From: Terriglobia bacterium
GTDB lineage: Bacteria > Acidobacteriota > Terriglobia > 20CM-2-55-15
Direction of reading: 5' to 3'
Length of the DNA stretch: 64,000 nucleotides
Assembly (NCBI GenBank): GCA_965262675.1
Contig: OZ253554.1
Location: 3,220,640 to 3,284,639, forward strand
Numbering within the stretch: the first letter of the stretch is position 1; each line of letters starts with the position of its first letter. The translations under genes were made by a program, and so were the position numbers. Under the pieces are notes generated by a model, which was given only the letters and a program-made list of their open reading frames with translations, was not told the origin of the DNA and did not search any database. This document shows positions 46,633 through 56,977 of the stretch, piece by piece.

Positions 46633-49581
46633 TCAATCCTCAAAGGCCGACCGTTCCATCACATCGACCCGAACCTCCGGCGCATCAGGCACTTTGCCGC
46701 CACGCGCCTCGGTCATCGTGCTGCGGTAGAGATCTTGCACATCACGCTCGGTGGCGGTGGTCGGCGCAAGCACGCGGCGGTTCATCGCCCGTTTCCGTTC
46801 CATCAGGCTGTCGAGCTTCAAATCGAAGCTGTATTCGCCGAAACGCGGGTGCCGTGCCAACGGCAGGTAGACGTGCACGGTCCGGCGTTGTCCGATACGG
46901 AAGACGCGATCGGTGCACTGATCCTCCACGGCCGGATTCCACCACCGCGAAAGATGAATGACGTGGTTCGCCGCCGTCAGCGTCAGACCGACGCCGCCGG
47001 CACGAGGCGACAGGAGCATAACGTCAAAACCCATACGGTCCTGGAACATGTCGACGCGCGCCTTGCGCCTTCCACCGGAGACCGCGCCGTTGATGACGAG
47101 CACATCCTCGCGAAGCCGAAAGCGGTGTCTGAGCGCGCCGATCAGGAAGTCCTGCATTTTGAGCGACTCGACGAAGATCAACACTTTCTCGCCTTGGTCG
47201 GCGACCCCCTCCAGAATCGCGAATGTCTCGGATAACCGCGCCGATTCCCGTATGTACTGATCGACGCTGCGATCGCCCGGCACCGCGGGATGCAGGGAGG
47301 TATTTCGAAGTTTCTGGAGCGTCTGAAGCACACCGCCATCCTGTCGGCCGCGCAGCACGATCTCCGCGTACGCCTCGGCCTGGAACGGCGGCATCTCAAC
47401 CACGCGCCGGTGCACCCGCTTCTCCGGCAGCGTCGCGAGATGGTCTTCCTTGAGCCGGCGCAACATCAGCGCAGGACCCGTCGACTCCGCCGGCTTCGTC
47501 AGCGTGCGATGCAAATCCTCGAGTATCGCGTGGCCTTCCGCGTCTCGTCTTTCGTATCTCCCGCTGAAATCCTTCAGGGTTCCGAACATCCCGGGTTCGG
47601 TCCGGTCCAGCAACGACCAGATATCCGCCGGGCGATTCTCCACGGGCGTGCCGGTCATCAGCAGGGCAAAGTCGACGTTCATGGCAAGCGCCGCGTCCGT
47701 CAGGCGAGCGTTCGGGTTTTTGATTTTCTGGGCTTCGTCAAACACACCGGCGCGCCAGTGGATACGTCCGAAACTGTGCTGATAGTCGCGAAGAGTTTCG
47801 TAGGTGGTCAGCACCCAGTGGGCATCCTTCAGTAGAGCAATGTCCAGGAGCGGTTGTCCGAAAGCGAGATCGTCGCCACGATCCGCCGCGTGTTTCTTTC
47901 GGAGACGCCGCAATTCGCCGCCATGCGCTTCAACGGCCCGGCCGAGTCCTTCTCCGGCGAGATGTTTCGCATGTTCGTCCTTCCAGTTCTTGAGCAATCC
48001 GGTCGGAGCGACAACGAGCGTGGGCTGTTGCGGCAACCCCTCGTTTACGGAATGCGTCTTCAGGCAGGAAAGAAAAGCCAATGCTTCGAGCGTCTTGCCG
48101 AGTCCCATGTCGTCGGCAAGCAGGGCACCCCAACTGCCGGCTTCCCATCTGGTTTCGAGCCAGGCAAGACCCTCCTGTTGGTGGGGAAGAAGTTCGGTCC
48201 GCAAGCCGGGCTTGGACGTCGAAATGCCGGGCCGGCGCCGCTTCCGCTCACGGGTGAACCGAACGGTTTCCAGGTTGTCGATAACGATCAAGATCTGATC
48301 GTCATCGTCGCGTCCGACGGGTGCTTTGTCCGGTTCGGTGCTCGTCCTCGGACGCTGGGCTGACTGATGCCTGCGGATCAGTGCCTCGACGGCGCTGATT
48401 GTGGCCGAATTCGCCGGGATATCGGCGCCGCTATCGGTCCGCACGGTCGGTTCGCCACGCTCGACCGCGCTCTGGATTCGTTCGAGCAGGCCGGACAGGT
48501 CGTCGGGAGACAGCGGCACCATCTGCGAACCGATGCGAAGTCCCGATTCGTCTGGAGGCAACCACGGTTCCGCGGCGTGCCGGATCCACGGAACCGTCTT
48601 GTCGACCCAGATGCCGACGCCGCTGACACGGTCGCTCAATCCGTCATCGCTGAAGACGCTGTCGAGTTCAAACTCGTGCGTGTCGAATGCGCCGCGCAGG
48701 TAGCCCGAAGCGTTCCGCAGGAAATCTCGACGCTCATCGGGCGTGCCCGACTGTGCGCGTTGCACGATGGCGAGAGCCTGTTGGACCTCCGGCGTAAGCA
48801 CGACAAAGGCCCCGCCCCCGGCCGGGTATCGATGCCTGACGCCGGACAGGGCGCGGAAGCGCCGTGCGAAATCCTGCTGGCGGGCCTCTGGCAGCGTGCG
48901 GTCGAACGCTTGCTCGTGATCACCCACATCGGTCGCGCGAGTCGCCCGCCTGCCGACGACCGGGTCGAAGTCCGGTTCGCCGTCCTCGTTCACAAACGGA
49001 TCCAGCTCGAAGCTCGAAGCTACGACGATCTTCAGCGAACGCAGATTGTCGTCACCGACAACGGCGTCGGCCGGCAACATCTCGGCGATCCGTCCCCATC
49101 GAAGCATTCGCGATTCCAGATCCGCCTCGTCCGCCCGGTTGAACAGGTCGATGGCATCGGCGATGGAGTACAGAGGATCGAGCAGCACGAAGTCGCCGCC
49201 GCCCGCATGCAGCCATGCCCCCTCACGTCGCGTGCCGAGGACGCGCCGTCCGTTGCGGAGAAAGCCGTAACGGATCTGGAAGTCGGCGTCGTGTATGGCG
49301 TTGTTCGCGACGACCTCGATCGCGAACGGCGATGCATCGGGAAGCCCGATGTACCGCAGTTCGCCGGGGGTCAATCCGGCGACGCTCGGCCAGGAAACCG
49401 ACAATGAACAACCATCGTCCTTCTCGACGGCGCCGCCGTCATCCCGAAGTCGAATCAGCGCGCCCACGCCGGCCGATCCGTCGGCGATCGATGTCCACTC
49501 GCGGACGGAAACCGGTGGATCGCCCTGCATCCGGACGATCAAGCCGTCCGGCGTCGGCTTGAACCTGAGGCTGTTAGTCAT
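46633..49581 (-). CDS. zorD: SNF2-family helicase with large N-terminal domain (ZorD-like)
   Basis: SNF2_N motifs (LLADDMGLGKT, DEAQKIKN) and helicase-C motifs (RAGGVGLTLTAANHVIHLSRWWNPAVEDQCTDRVFRIGQ). Preceded by ~470 aa of unknown function. Last gene of the zorABCD-like operon. Confidence 0.75.
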   Translation of the reverse strand: MTNSLRFKPTPDGLIVRMQGDPPVSVREWTSIADGSAGVGALIRLRDDGGAVEKDDGCSLSVSWPSVAGLTPGELRYIGLPDASPFAIEVVANNAIHDADFQIRYGFLRNGRRVLGTRREGAWLHAGGGDFVLLDPLYSIADAIDLFNRADEADLESRMLRWGRIAEMLPADAVVGDDNLRSLKIVVASSFELDPFVNEDGEPDFDPVVGRRATRATDVGDHEQAFDRTLPEARQQDFARRFRALSGVRHRYPAGGGAFVVLTPEVQQALAIVQRAQSGTPDERRDFLRNASGYLRGAFDTHEFELDSVFSDDGLSDRVSGVGIWVDKTVPWIRHAAEPWLPPDESGLRIGSQMVPLSPDDLSGLLERIQSAVERGEPTVRTDSGADIPANSATISAVEALIRRHQSAQRPRTSTEPDKAPVGRDDDDQILIVIDNLETVRFTRERKRRRPGISTSKPGLRTELLPHQQEGLAWLETRWEAGSWGALLADDMGLGKTLEALAFLSCLKTHSVNEGLPQQPTLVVAPTGLLKNWKDEHAKHLAGEGLGRAVEAHGGELRRLRKKHAADRGDDLAFGQPLLDIALLKDAHWVLTTYETLRDYQHSFGRIHWRAGVFDEAQKIKNPNARLTDAALAMNVDFALLMTGTPVENRPADIWSLLDRTEPGMFGTLKDFSGRYERRDAEGHAILEDLHRTLTKPAESTGPALMLRRLKEDHLATLPEKRVHRRVVEMPPFQAEAYAEIVLRGRQDGGVLQTLQKLRNTSLHPAVPGDRSVDQYIRESARLSETFAILEGVADQGEKVLIFVESLKMQDFLIGALRHRFRLREDVLVINGAVSGGRRKARVDMFQDRMGFDVMLLSPRAGGVGLTLTAANHVIHLSRWWNPAVEDQCTDRVFRIGQRRTVHVYLPLARHPRFGEYSFDLKLDSLMERKRAMNRRVLAPTTATERDVQDLYRSTMTEARGGKVPDAPEVRVDVMERSAFED

Positions 49582-49651
49582 GGAATCACCACACGGAACG
49601 GGATTAATTCACCCGCCGGACCCGGCGGCGGCACCGTCGAGCGGGACGCGG

Positions 49652-51157
49652 TCATCGAAACGTTGAGCGCCATGAGCGGCTGCGTTCCGATCGGCGCAGC
49701 GTGGGTGGGAAGTACCGATCGCGTTCGATTCTGACACCGGTGTTGTCTCGCAACCATTTCGCGATCTTGTCCTGCCACCGGCCGTATTCGCTGCCCATGT
49801 GCGCTTGCAAATGTGCTCCGGCGATCCGATGGTATTGGCGCGTATGTCTCAGTTCGTTGGCGAAGTAGGTATTCTTGTACAACCCGGGTGTTCCAGAAGT
49901 CCCGTCGAGCCACATGTGGCACGAGCCGTTGTGGCTCCATTCGGCTATGGTCACTCCAGGCATGCGAAAGAGCAGGACGGACTGGTCACTCTGGCCGCCG
50001 CGCAACGCGCTTGTCGTTCCGAGCCCCCCGTCGTTCTTGTTCATCTTGCGGAGCACATCCGCCGCGCGACGACCCAGCACGAACCAGATGTCCTCGATCA
50101 GTTCCCTGGCGAGAAACGCCCGCCAGAAGGCTTCCCGGTAACGCCAATGTCTGTCGAGTGCGGTCTCCTTGACGAGAAGGAAGAACTGCTCCAGCACACG
50201 TTCGACGAGCCATCGGATCACGACGCGCGTGACGTCGTCTGGCACGCCGGACCATTTGTGTTTCCCGGACCGCAGGCGGGGGTCGCCGAAGTGACGCAGA
50301 AAGAACGATTGCAGCCGTTCCTTGACTTCGGGCTTCGGAGACTGGTCAACGAAAGGACCGAGCAACTCAACCGCGGTCCTTACCCGCACGGCCGGTTCGT
50401 CGAAGCGCAATTTGCCGTCGCACTCCAAAAGGGACAGCAACCGCTCGAGGCGGGCATCGCCGAAGCGATTGTTCGTCAGCCGGGCTCGTACGTCCGGGAG
50501 ATACGAGCGAACGCCCGATTCGAGAAACCCGCAACGCGCGAGTCCGGCATCGATCCCGGCTTGGCGCAGGATTTCTTCGGGAGCCGCGTCCGCGGCCGTC
50601 ATCAACTGGTTCACGAACGACCGGCCACCGTTATTCTTCAGAAACCCATAATCCTTGCAGCGCTGACGCCACCGTTTCAGTGACGGCGGAGGTGCTGACG
50701 AAGGACCTTGGATGGTGTTTTCGAGCAACCGGCGTAGATCGTCGAACGTCGGCAGGTCGACCGGATAGACGCGCAAGAACTCGTGCAGCAGCGCCAGTGT
50801 GGACCGCGTGCGGCCGCCCTCCGACAGCCAGCGCCCGTATTCCTGTACGAAGCGGGGGCGCGCGCCCAACCACCGGGCACGGCCCGCGTCCGGCGGTGAG
50901 TAGAACAAAACCCATGGCAATCGCCGGAGGTCGCCGGTTGAGAGGCGGTCGAGAGAATGGTAACGGCGCCACGATTCATTGGCTCGCCGATGCAACGTCT
51001 CCAAGTCGTAGGGCTCGGGCGCTTTGGGCTGAACGTCGCCCAACCGCTTCGCTATACCGGCCGCCGCAGCCCGCGTCCGGCGGGGTTCGAAAGCGCGGTC
51101 AATTTTCGGGAAGCCGACCCAGCGATCGAGCGAATCCCTCAGCGAAGGCGTGTTCAC
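49652..51157 (-). CDS. zorC: ZorC-like protein (EH-signature-type domain)
   Basis: 501 aa, positioned between the MotB-like and SNF2 genes. C-terminal segment IAEWSHNGSCHMWLDG carries conserved E/H as in the ZorC EH-signature domain. Assignment is by context plus motif. Confidence 0.55.
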   Translation of the reverse strand: MNTPSLRDSLDRWVGFPKIDRAFEPRRTRAAAAGIAKRLGDVQPKAPEPYDLETLHRRANESWRRYHSLDRLSTGDLRRLPWVLFYSPPDAGRARWLGARPRFVQEYGRWLSEGGRTRSTLALLHEFLRVYPVDLPTFDDLRRLLENTIQGPSSAPPPSLKRWRQRCKDYGFLKNNGGRSFVNQLMTAADAAPEEILRQAGIDAGLARCGFLESGVRSYLPDVRARLTNNRFGDARLERLLSLLECDGKLRFDEPAVRVRTAVELLGPFVDQSPKPEVKERLQSFFLRHFGDPRLRSGKHKWSGVPDDVTRVVIRWLVERVLEQFFLLVKETALDRHWRYREAFWRAFLARELIEDIWFVLGRRAADVLRKMNKNDGGLGTTSALRGGQSDQSVLLFRMPGVTIAEWSHNGSCHMWLDGTSGTPGLYKNTYFANELRHTRQYHRIAGAHLQAHMGSEYGRWQDKIAKWLRDNTGVRIERDRYFPPTLRRSERSRSWRSTFR

Positions 51158-52065
51158 CGCGCCCCTTCGCCGACCCGTTCACGAACATCGGTCTGGACAT
51201 CGGGTTCGCCCGTCGTCAGCACGCCCTCGGGAGGTTCAAGAAGGAACCGCAGATCAATGCGACGGTGGATGCGTCCGGCGTCGTCGGCCGCGGCACCGAG
51301 TGGCGCCGACTGGAATTCGCCGCCGGGTACCGGCCGCGTGGCGCCGTAACCGCTGGTGCTCAGAATGGGATAGTTCTCTGTGTTCAGCAGGCGCGCCACG
51401 CCCGGTTCGCAAGCGGCGATCATGCCATGCACAGTCGCCGCCCGCATCGAGGACAGTTCGAGATTGTCTCTGAAGCGGTTGCCGGCCGCGACGGGCACAT
51501 CGTCGGTGTGGCCCTCAATCAGCAGGGTCTCGAGGAGCCACGGAAACCGCTGTTCCCCGCATTCATACGCGGATGGATCTGCGGGAAGTTGACAATAGGA
51601 CAGCGCGACGGCGTCTTCGCTCGCCAGTGCGTTCCCGTCCGTCGCCGGAAGCCCGATCAGTTCGCCCGAGACGTAGCATGGTACGACCTCGGCGATGGCC
51701 TCGGCGAGACGTCCGACGTTGACGTGATGTTCAGGGACCGGAGTATCGCTGCCCGACGGGAAGTTGATGGCGTTGTCGGAAAGGCGCAGGACGCCCTGTT
51801 CGTACAGCACTTCGACCCGGATACCGGAATCCTGGAGCAGGCCGGCGATGTCCCCGAGGATCCGGTCGCGCGTTTCATCCGCGGCGGTGAGTTCCTCGGT
51901 GACGTTGGCCTGTTCCTCGGTGATGTTGGCGAGTTGATACGCAAAGACGGCCAGCATGATGATGAAGACGAAGATGAGCGACGAGACGAGGTCGCTCACA
52001 CTGGCAAGATAACTCTGCCCGCCCTGGCCGGCGTCCGGCGAGGGTCTGGATCCGCCGACCATCAC
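51154..52065 (-). CDS. zorB: MotB/OmpA-like protein (ZorB-like): N-terminal TM anchor plus C-terminal OmpA-type peptidoglycan-binding domain
   Basis: TM helix LVSSLIFVFIIMLAVFAY. OmpA-like motifs LIEGHTDDVP, NLELSSMRAATVHGMI and LSTSGYGATRPV. Confidence 0.7.
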   Translation of the reverse strand: MMVGGSRPSPDAGQGGQSYLASVSDLVSSLIFVFIIMLAVFAYQLANITEEQANVTEELTAADETRDRILGDIAGLLQDSGIRVEVLYEQGVLRLSDNAINFPSGSDTPVPEHHVNVGRLAEAIAEVVPCYVSGELIGLPATDGNALASEDAVALSYCQLPADPSAYECGEQRFPWLLETLLIEGHTDDVPVAAGNRFRDNLELSSMRAATVHGMIAACEPGVARLLNTENYPILSTSGYGATRPVPGGEFQSAPLGAAADDAGRIHRRIDLRFLLEPPEGVLTTGEPDVQTDVRERVGEGAR

Positions 52066-53768
52066 GCACGCCTCCGGAGATGCTCGCTCAGATCCTCGAT
52101 CGACGAATGGAGTTCGTTCGTTGCGCCGGCCAGATCCTGTGTGATCTTCGACGTAGTCCCGTCCAGTTCGTTGACAAATTGCGTCACCTGTTTGCAGTAT
52201 CCCGACAGACCTTCGTCGAGCTTCTGGAACACTTGGGCCAGCGAGCCATCGATGCCCTCGAAGCGTTCCCGATACCGGTCCCAGTTGCCGGCCACCGTTT
52301 TCTGGTGCTGTTCGAGCGTATTGACCGCGGCGTCGATACGGCCGACGAGTTCGCTCGTCCGCCCCAGCGCTGCGGCCGCCTTGTCGCTGGAGGCACGGAT
52401 CTCGCTTGCCGCGCGGCCCATAGGTTCAGCGACATCCGCGATCTGACGGTGGGCGACTTCAATCGTCTCGCGCAACGTGTTGATCCGATCAACGAAACTT
52501 GTCATGCTGGCCAGCACCTGCTCGCTCTGTCGTGTGGACCGGTCGAGACTGTGCGCGGCGGCCAGCAGGCCGTCGAGCGATCCGGAGATCTGCGAGGCGG
52601 CCTCGACGCCGGCCGCGGCGGCGGCCGTCCCGGCGCCTGTCAGCCGTTCCGCCAGTTGATGCGAAGCATCCGCCATGATGCGGGTGACATCGCCGAGCGA
52701 TTGTTGCAACGTCTCGGTCATCGCGGTCGCGCCTGCGTCCATCGATGTCCTGACCGTAGTCATGACCGAACTGAGCGCCGCTTGGACGTCCCGTTGCGAC
52801 TGGGCCAGCCCGTCGGATGAGTCCTTCAGGGTGCGGTTCAACTCGGTGACAATAGCGGCCATCTCGTCGAACTGCGATCCGGCGCGTTCCTGCATGGCCG
52901 AGGTAAACCGCTCGAGCGTCTCCTCGATCATCCTTCCGGAGTCGGTCGACCGATCGACGCGAAGTCCCTCGACGGCTTCGACGAGCCGTTCGAGTTGCGG
53001 CGACAATCGGCCGGCGATCTTCTCCTCGAGTGCCTGTTCGAGAGAGAAAATCAATTCACTGTTGAAGCGTTCGAGCTGCATTGTCGCGCGTGTCGCCTGT
53101 TCGAGTTGCTTCAGGGCGACGCCTTCCGGCGTGACGCGCTGCAGGCGGGTCTCGATCGATCCGACCCACTCGTCCAATGCGATGTGGAGTCGCCGGGAAG
53201 CGAAGCGTTCCCCAAGTACGAACAATATGGAACAGACAATTCCGACGATCGATGTCCAGAAAGCCAGCGACGCACCGCCCAGAAGCTGCTGCAGGGAGGC
53301 TGTTATCTCCGCCGGATTGCTGGAGGACAGACCCGAGCTTGCCGATCCGACCCCGCCTGCCAAACCCAAGAACGTACCCAGGATGCCGGCGCCTGTCAGC
53401 AGGTTCGGCACGGCTTGGTAAAAACCGAAAGGGATTTTGGGGAAAATGACGGTAGTGTCGTTCAGATATTGCGACACCACTCCGGTGTTCCGGATCGGGT
53501 CGCCGGAATCCGGTTCAGGAAGAACCAGCGTTTCGACGAATTCCTTCCACGGCAGACCGAAGGCCTTTTCGACGCGCATGTTGTATTCGTCGAATGCGCC
53601 GACAAAGCCTTTTTCTCCGTCAACGCGCTCAAGTTGTTCGCGCACCCCGCGAAGCCTTCGATATAGCGGGCGCGCGCCCAAAGCCAGCATTATCGCGCAG
53701 ACAACAGCTGACAGAGCAATGATCCCGCAGTACCACCATACGAAGCTTTCGGTGAGGAAGAAGCTCAT
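52062..53768 (-). CDS. zorA: MotA/TolQ/ExbB-like proton-channel protein with long coiled-coil tail (ZorA-like)
   Basis: N-terminal TM segments with MotA-like TGAGILGTFLGLAGG and LAFWTSIVGIVCSILFVLG. Followed by ~370 aa of Ala/Gln/Glu/Leu-rich heptad-like sequence. Overlaps the zorB start. Confidence 0.7.
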   Translation of the reverse strand: MSFFLTESFVWWYCGIIALSAVVCAIMLALGARPLYRRLRGVREQLERVDGEKGFVGAFDEYNMRVEKAFGLPWKEFVETLVLPEPDSGDPIRNTGVVSQYLNDTTVIFPKIPFGFYQAVPNLLTGAGILGTFLGLAGGVGSASSGLSSSNPAEITASLQQLLGGASLAFWTSIVGIVCSILFVLGERFASRRLHIALDEWVGSIETRLQRVTPEGVALKQLEQATRATMQLERFNSELIFSLEQALEEKIAGRLSPQLERLVEAVEGLRVDRSTDSGRMIEETLERFTSAMQERAGSQFDEMAAIVTELNRTLKDSSDGLAQSQRDVQAALSSVMTTVRTSMDAGATAMTETLQQSLGDVTRIMADASHQLAERLTGAGTAAAAAGVEAASQISGSLDGLLAAAHSLDRSTRQSEQVLASMTSFVDRINTLRETIEVAHRQIADVAEPMGRAASEIRASSDKAAAALGRTSELVGRIDAAVNTLEQHQKTVAGNWDRYRERFEGIDGSLAQVFQKLDEGLSGYCKQVTQFVNELDGTTSKITQDLAGATNELHSSIEDLSEHLRRRA

Positions 53769-54219
53769 TGCGGCGTAAGATAACCTGGAAAGATCCGCCC
53801 GACGGGAGGGCGATAGGACCGTCGGCGAGTGCGTGTTGCGGCCGTGTTACCGACATACCAAGACGTTGTCATTTTCAGATGTCAAACAAGTTCGATACGA
53901 AGCGTGATAATTCGCGCTGGCGGGTCAACATTTCTTCCGGGAAGGCACAAGCATACATCAAGGAAGAGGGTGCGGCAACGAGGGCAAATTCGTATCGGGA
54001 GTTCCGCTTCGAGTTGGGAGGGGTCGCGGTCTGCGGCTCAGTGAATGCGCCGTCGGTAGCGCCTAGCATGGTGGGAGGCGGCGGGAGAGGAACGCGTACC
54101 GTGGATTGCCGGGACGGGCGGGGACATTCCCTTGCGCGTCCGAGAACGGGCGACGCTTCATGGACCGTGCGCCCCTGCATCCGCTCCCTACGCCTCACTC
54201 CGCGCCAGGCCAAGCCGGC

Positions 54220-55173
54220 TTATCGACTTGGGTAGTACACGCTGTCGATTGGCTGGGGCTCGGTCAGATAGTCCAGTTCCTTGAACGGATAGGTCGGACG
54301 GTCGTGCGAATTGATGAACGCCGACAGATGCTGGGCTTCTTCGTCGGTCGTGCTGCCCGGATCCATGTACGGCATCATGTGACGGATGATCCCGGCCAGC
54401 GTATAGATGCGTGCCGCGCCGGCGCCGTCGTTCCACGAGTCCGGCCCCCACAACGGCCCGGCCTTCTTTGTGCCGATCTGGACTCCCTGCCCGTCCTCGC
54501 CGTGACAGTTGGTACAGCGCTCCAGGAAAATGGTCTCGCCAAGCATGGGGTCGAGTTCATCCAGAGGCAGTCTGTTTTCGGGAGGGATCGTGTTCTGACG
54601 CCGCCAAGGTGCATTCTCTCCCGGCTCGAATCCTCGTGAAAGCCAGCGCAGATACGTTGCCAACGCCTGGACTTCCAGTGTCTCCGGCGTTGGAAGGATC
54701 GTATCGTCGACTGCCGGGTCGCGTGCCGGAAGGTGGCCCGTGGAATTCTGGCTGCGGAAAAAGCAGCCGACGATTCGATCCTCGATCGTAAAGTCCCGGC
54801 CCGCCCGCCGGTTGTATTCCGGGAACATGGCCGTCACTCCGATCAGGGGAAGCGATTTTTCGCGTTGTCCGGCATTCAGGTGGCAGTTGTTGCACGACAT
54901 GTTCCCCCCGCTAAGATGGGGGGCTTCGCCGGGTGTATCGGTGAAGATGCGGTAACCCAATCGGATCCGTTCCGCCAGATCCGAATCGCCCAACGTTGGG
55001 TCGGCGATCGGGTCATTGGGAACGTCCCAAGCCGTGGCCATCGTCGTCGACGAGGAAATTATCGGGGCCGGAAGCTTGCCCAATGCCGGATCGAGAGGAT
55101 CGATTTCGGGCGCGCAAGCCGTTGCCGTCAGGCCTGCAAGCACCAGAACAGTCGCGCGAAAAGGCTCGTTCAT
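54220..55173 (-). CDS. Diheme c-type cytochrome (TsdA-like), lipoprotein-type signal
   Basis: Two CxxCH motifs (CNNCH and CTNCH). Signal ending LAGLTATAC. Confidence 0.8.
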   Translation of the reverse strand: MNEPFRATVLVLAGLTATACAPEIDPLDPALGKLPAPIISSSTTMATAWDVPNDPIADPTLGDSDLAERIRLGYRIFTDTPGEAPHLSGGNMSCNNCHLNAGQREKSLPLIGVTAMFPEYNRRAGRDFTIEDRIVGCFFRSQNSTGHLPARDPAVDDTILPTPETLEVQALATYLRWLSRGFEPGENAPWRRQNTIPPENRLPLDELDPMLGETIFLERCTNCHGEDGQGVQIGTKKAGPLWGPDSWNDGAGAARIYTLAGIIRHMMPYMDPGSTTDEEAQHLSAFINSHDRPTYPFKELDYLTEPQPIDSVYYPSR

Positions 55174-55227
55174 ATCGTTCGAGAGTATAATCTTTGGCGA
55201 AAATCCGAATCAAGAAAGCGAGGACCC

Positions 55228-55938
55228 ATGCCCGAAAAGCCTTTGAAATCGCCCGTGGCACGCCGTTCATTCCTGAGGCGCCTGAGTACAGGCGCAACCG
55301 CATTCGGCGCCGCTTTCGCCGCCGGAACAGCATCGGCGTCACCGCAGACCGGATCGATTGGAAGCGATTGGACGCCAACCCTTCACGAACTGGACGACTG
55401 GTTCGACCGGATGCCCGGTGGCCACCGATTTATCCTCGACAACACCACCGCGGACGGATTCGCCGGAGCGATGGCGTACGCGAACAACTTTTTCCAGGTG
55501 AACAACGACTTTTATGACCTCTCCGACAGCGACTTGGCCGTCGTCCTGCTCGCCCGGCACTTTTCCACGCCATTCGCGTTCAACGACGCGATGTGGGAAA
55601 AATACGGCGCGAGTTGGGCCGATATGGCCCGCTTCAACGATCCGCGGACCAATCAGGCGCCCACGGCCAACCTGTACAACGCGGGTCCGATAACGGGATT
55701 GGGGAACCGTGGCCTGACGCTGGACGGTCTGGTTGGGCGAGGAATGAAAATTGCCCTTTGCCAGGTGGCCGCGCGTGGATTCGCCGGAGGCGCCGCGCGC
55801 GCAGCCGGTGCGGACGCCGACGAGGTGTTCGAAGAGGTCATGGACAACCTGCTCGACGGGGTCCAGCCGGTTCCGGCCGGCATCGTCGCGATCGGCCGCG
55901 CCCAGGAACGCGGGTTCACGTTCAGTTTCACGGCGTGA
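55228..55938 (+). CDS. Tat-exported hypothetical protein
   Basis: RRSFLRRLSTGATAFGAAFAAG twin-arginine signal. Trimmed from the track ORF 54733..55938 to ATG 55228, which has a GAGGA Shine-Dalgarno. Confidence 0.55.
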   Translation: MPEKPLKSPVARRSFLRRLSTGATAFGAAFAAGTASASPQTGSIGSDWTPTLHELDDWFDRMPGGHRFILDNTTADGFAGAMAYANNFFQVNNDFYDLSDSDLAVVLLARHFSTPFAFNDAMWEKYGASWADMARFNDPRTNQAPTANLYNAGPITGLGNRGLTLDGLVGRGMKIALCQVAARGFAGGAARAAGADADEVFEEVMDNLLDGVQPVPAGIVAIGRAQERGFTFSFTA

Positions 55939-56977
55939 CCGGCTGCTGCTGACTGCAGCAGTGAAGGGTTCCGAGACCATGGAGCAGGGCCGTGGAACCG
56001 ACGCCCACAACCCGGTGGGACGGAAAACAGGACTGGATCGCCGCCAAGGCGGTCCGGTCTTTTTGGGGTTGTCCGAACGTCGGCACGACCACGACACCGT
56101 TTCCAATATAGAAGTTGGCATAGCTTGCCGGCAACCGGCCCTCGGGTCCGATGATCGGATCCGGCATCGGAAGTTTCAGCACGCCAAGTTTCCGACCCTC
56201 TTCATCCCTTGCCGCAACCAGACGTGCGTAACAGTCCTTGAGAATCCCATGGTTTTCGTCGGCCGGATCGTCCTCGAAAGCAACCAGAACGGTTGTCGGA
56301 TCGACGAACCGCGCGATGTCGTCGATATGGCCGTCGGTGTCGTCGCCGGCGATGCCCTCCGACAGCCAGATCGCGTTCGAGGCGCCAAGAAATTCTCTCA
56401 GGATGTTCTCGATTTCGGAACGCCCCAGATGCGGATTCCGGTTCGGGTTTAACAGGCACTGTTCGGTTGTCAGCACCGTCCCGCGCCCGTTCACATCGAT
56501 CGAACCGCCTTCGAGTACGATGCCGGGGTCGAACACGGGCAAATCCAGATGCCGGTTCATCTGGGCCGGCACGCGGGCGTCGGCCTTCAGGTCCGCGTAC
56601 TTGTCTCCCCACGCATTGAACGTCCACCGGACCATGGCCGTCTTCCGGGTCCGATCGTTTACTACGAAGGTTGGACCGTAGTCCCGGATCCAACTGTCCA
56701 CGGTCTCGATCGGGTAAAAACGGAGCCGCGATTCGACACCGCGATGACCCAGGGATTCGACCGCGGTGGCCCGAACCTCTTCATTGTCGACCAGGAGTGC
56801 AACGCGTTGCCGATTCGAAAGGGCGGCAATAACCTCGACATAGGTCTGTCGAACATCGGCGATCCGATCCCGACCCCAGGTTTCGAGGTTCGTCGGCCAC
56901 GCCAACCAGACGCATTCCTGCCGCTCCCACTCGGCCGGCATCCGGTAACCGAGCGACCACGGTGTGGGCCGATTCAT
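55928..56977 (-). CDS. aguA: Agmatine deiminase
   Basis: MPAEWE...WLAWP N-terminal signature. DYGPTFV and GGSIDVNGRGT motifs, plus the C-terminal GTLHCCSQQ catalytic Cys region of the agmatine deiminase/PAD superfamily. Confidence 0.85.
   Translation of the reverse strand: MNRPTPWSLGYRMPAEWERQECVWLAWPTNLETWGRDRIADVRQTYVEVIAALSNRQRVALLVDNEEVRATAVESLGHRGVESRLRFYPIETVDSWIRDYGPTFVVNDRTRKTAMVRWTFNAWGDKYADLKADARVPAQMNRHLDLPVFDPGIVLEGGSIDVNGRGTVLTTEQCLLNPNRNPHLGRSEIENILREFLGASNAIWLSEGIAGDDTDGHIDDIARFVDPTTVLVAFEDDPADENHGILKDCYARLVAARDEEGRKLGVLKLPMPDPIIGPEGRLPASYANFYIGNGVVVVPTFGQPQKDRTALAAIQSCFPSHRVVGVGSTALLHGLGTLHCCSQQQPVTP

Noticed and set aside
53769-54219. ORFs 53768..54235 (+) and 53875..54213 (-) between zorA and the cytochrome c gene
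   Set aside because: Low-complexity translations (GGGGRGTRT..., PLPPPPT...), mutually overlapping, and located in the AT-rich promoter region of zorA. Treated as intergenic.
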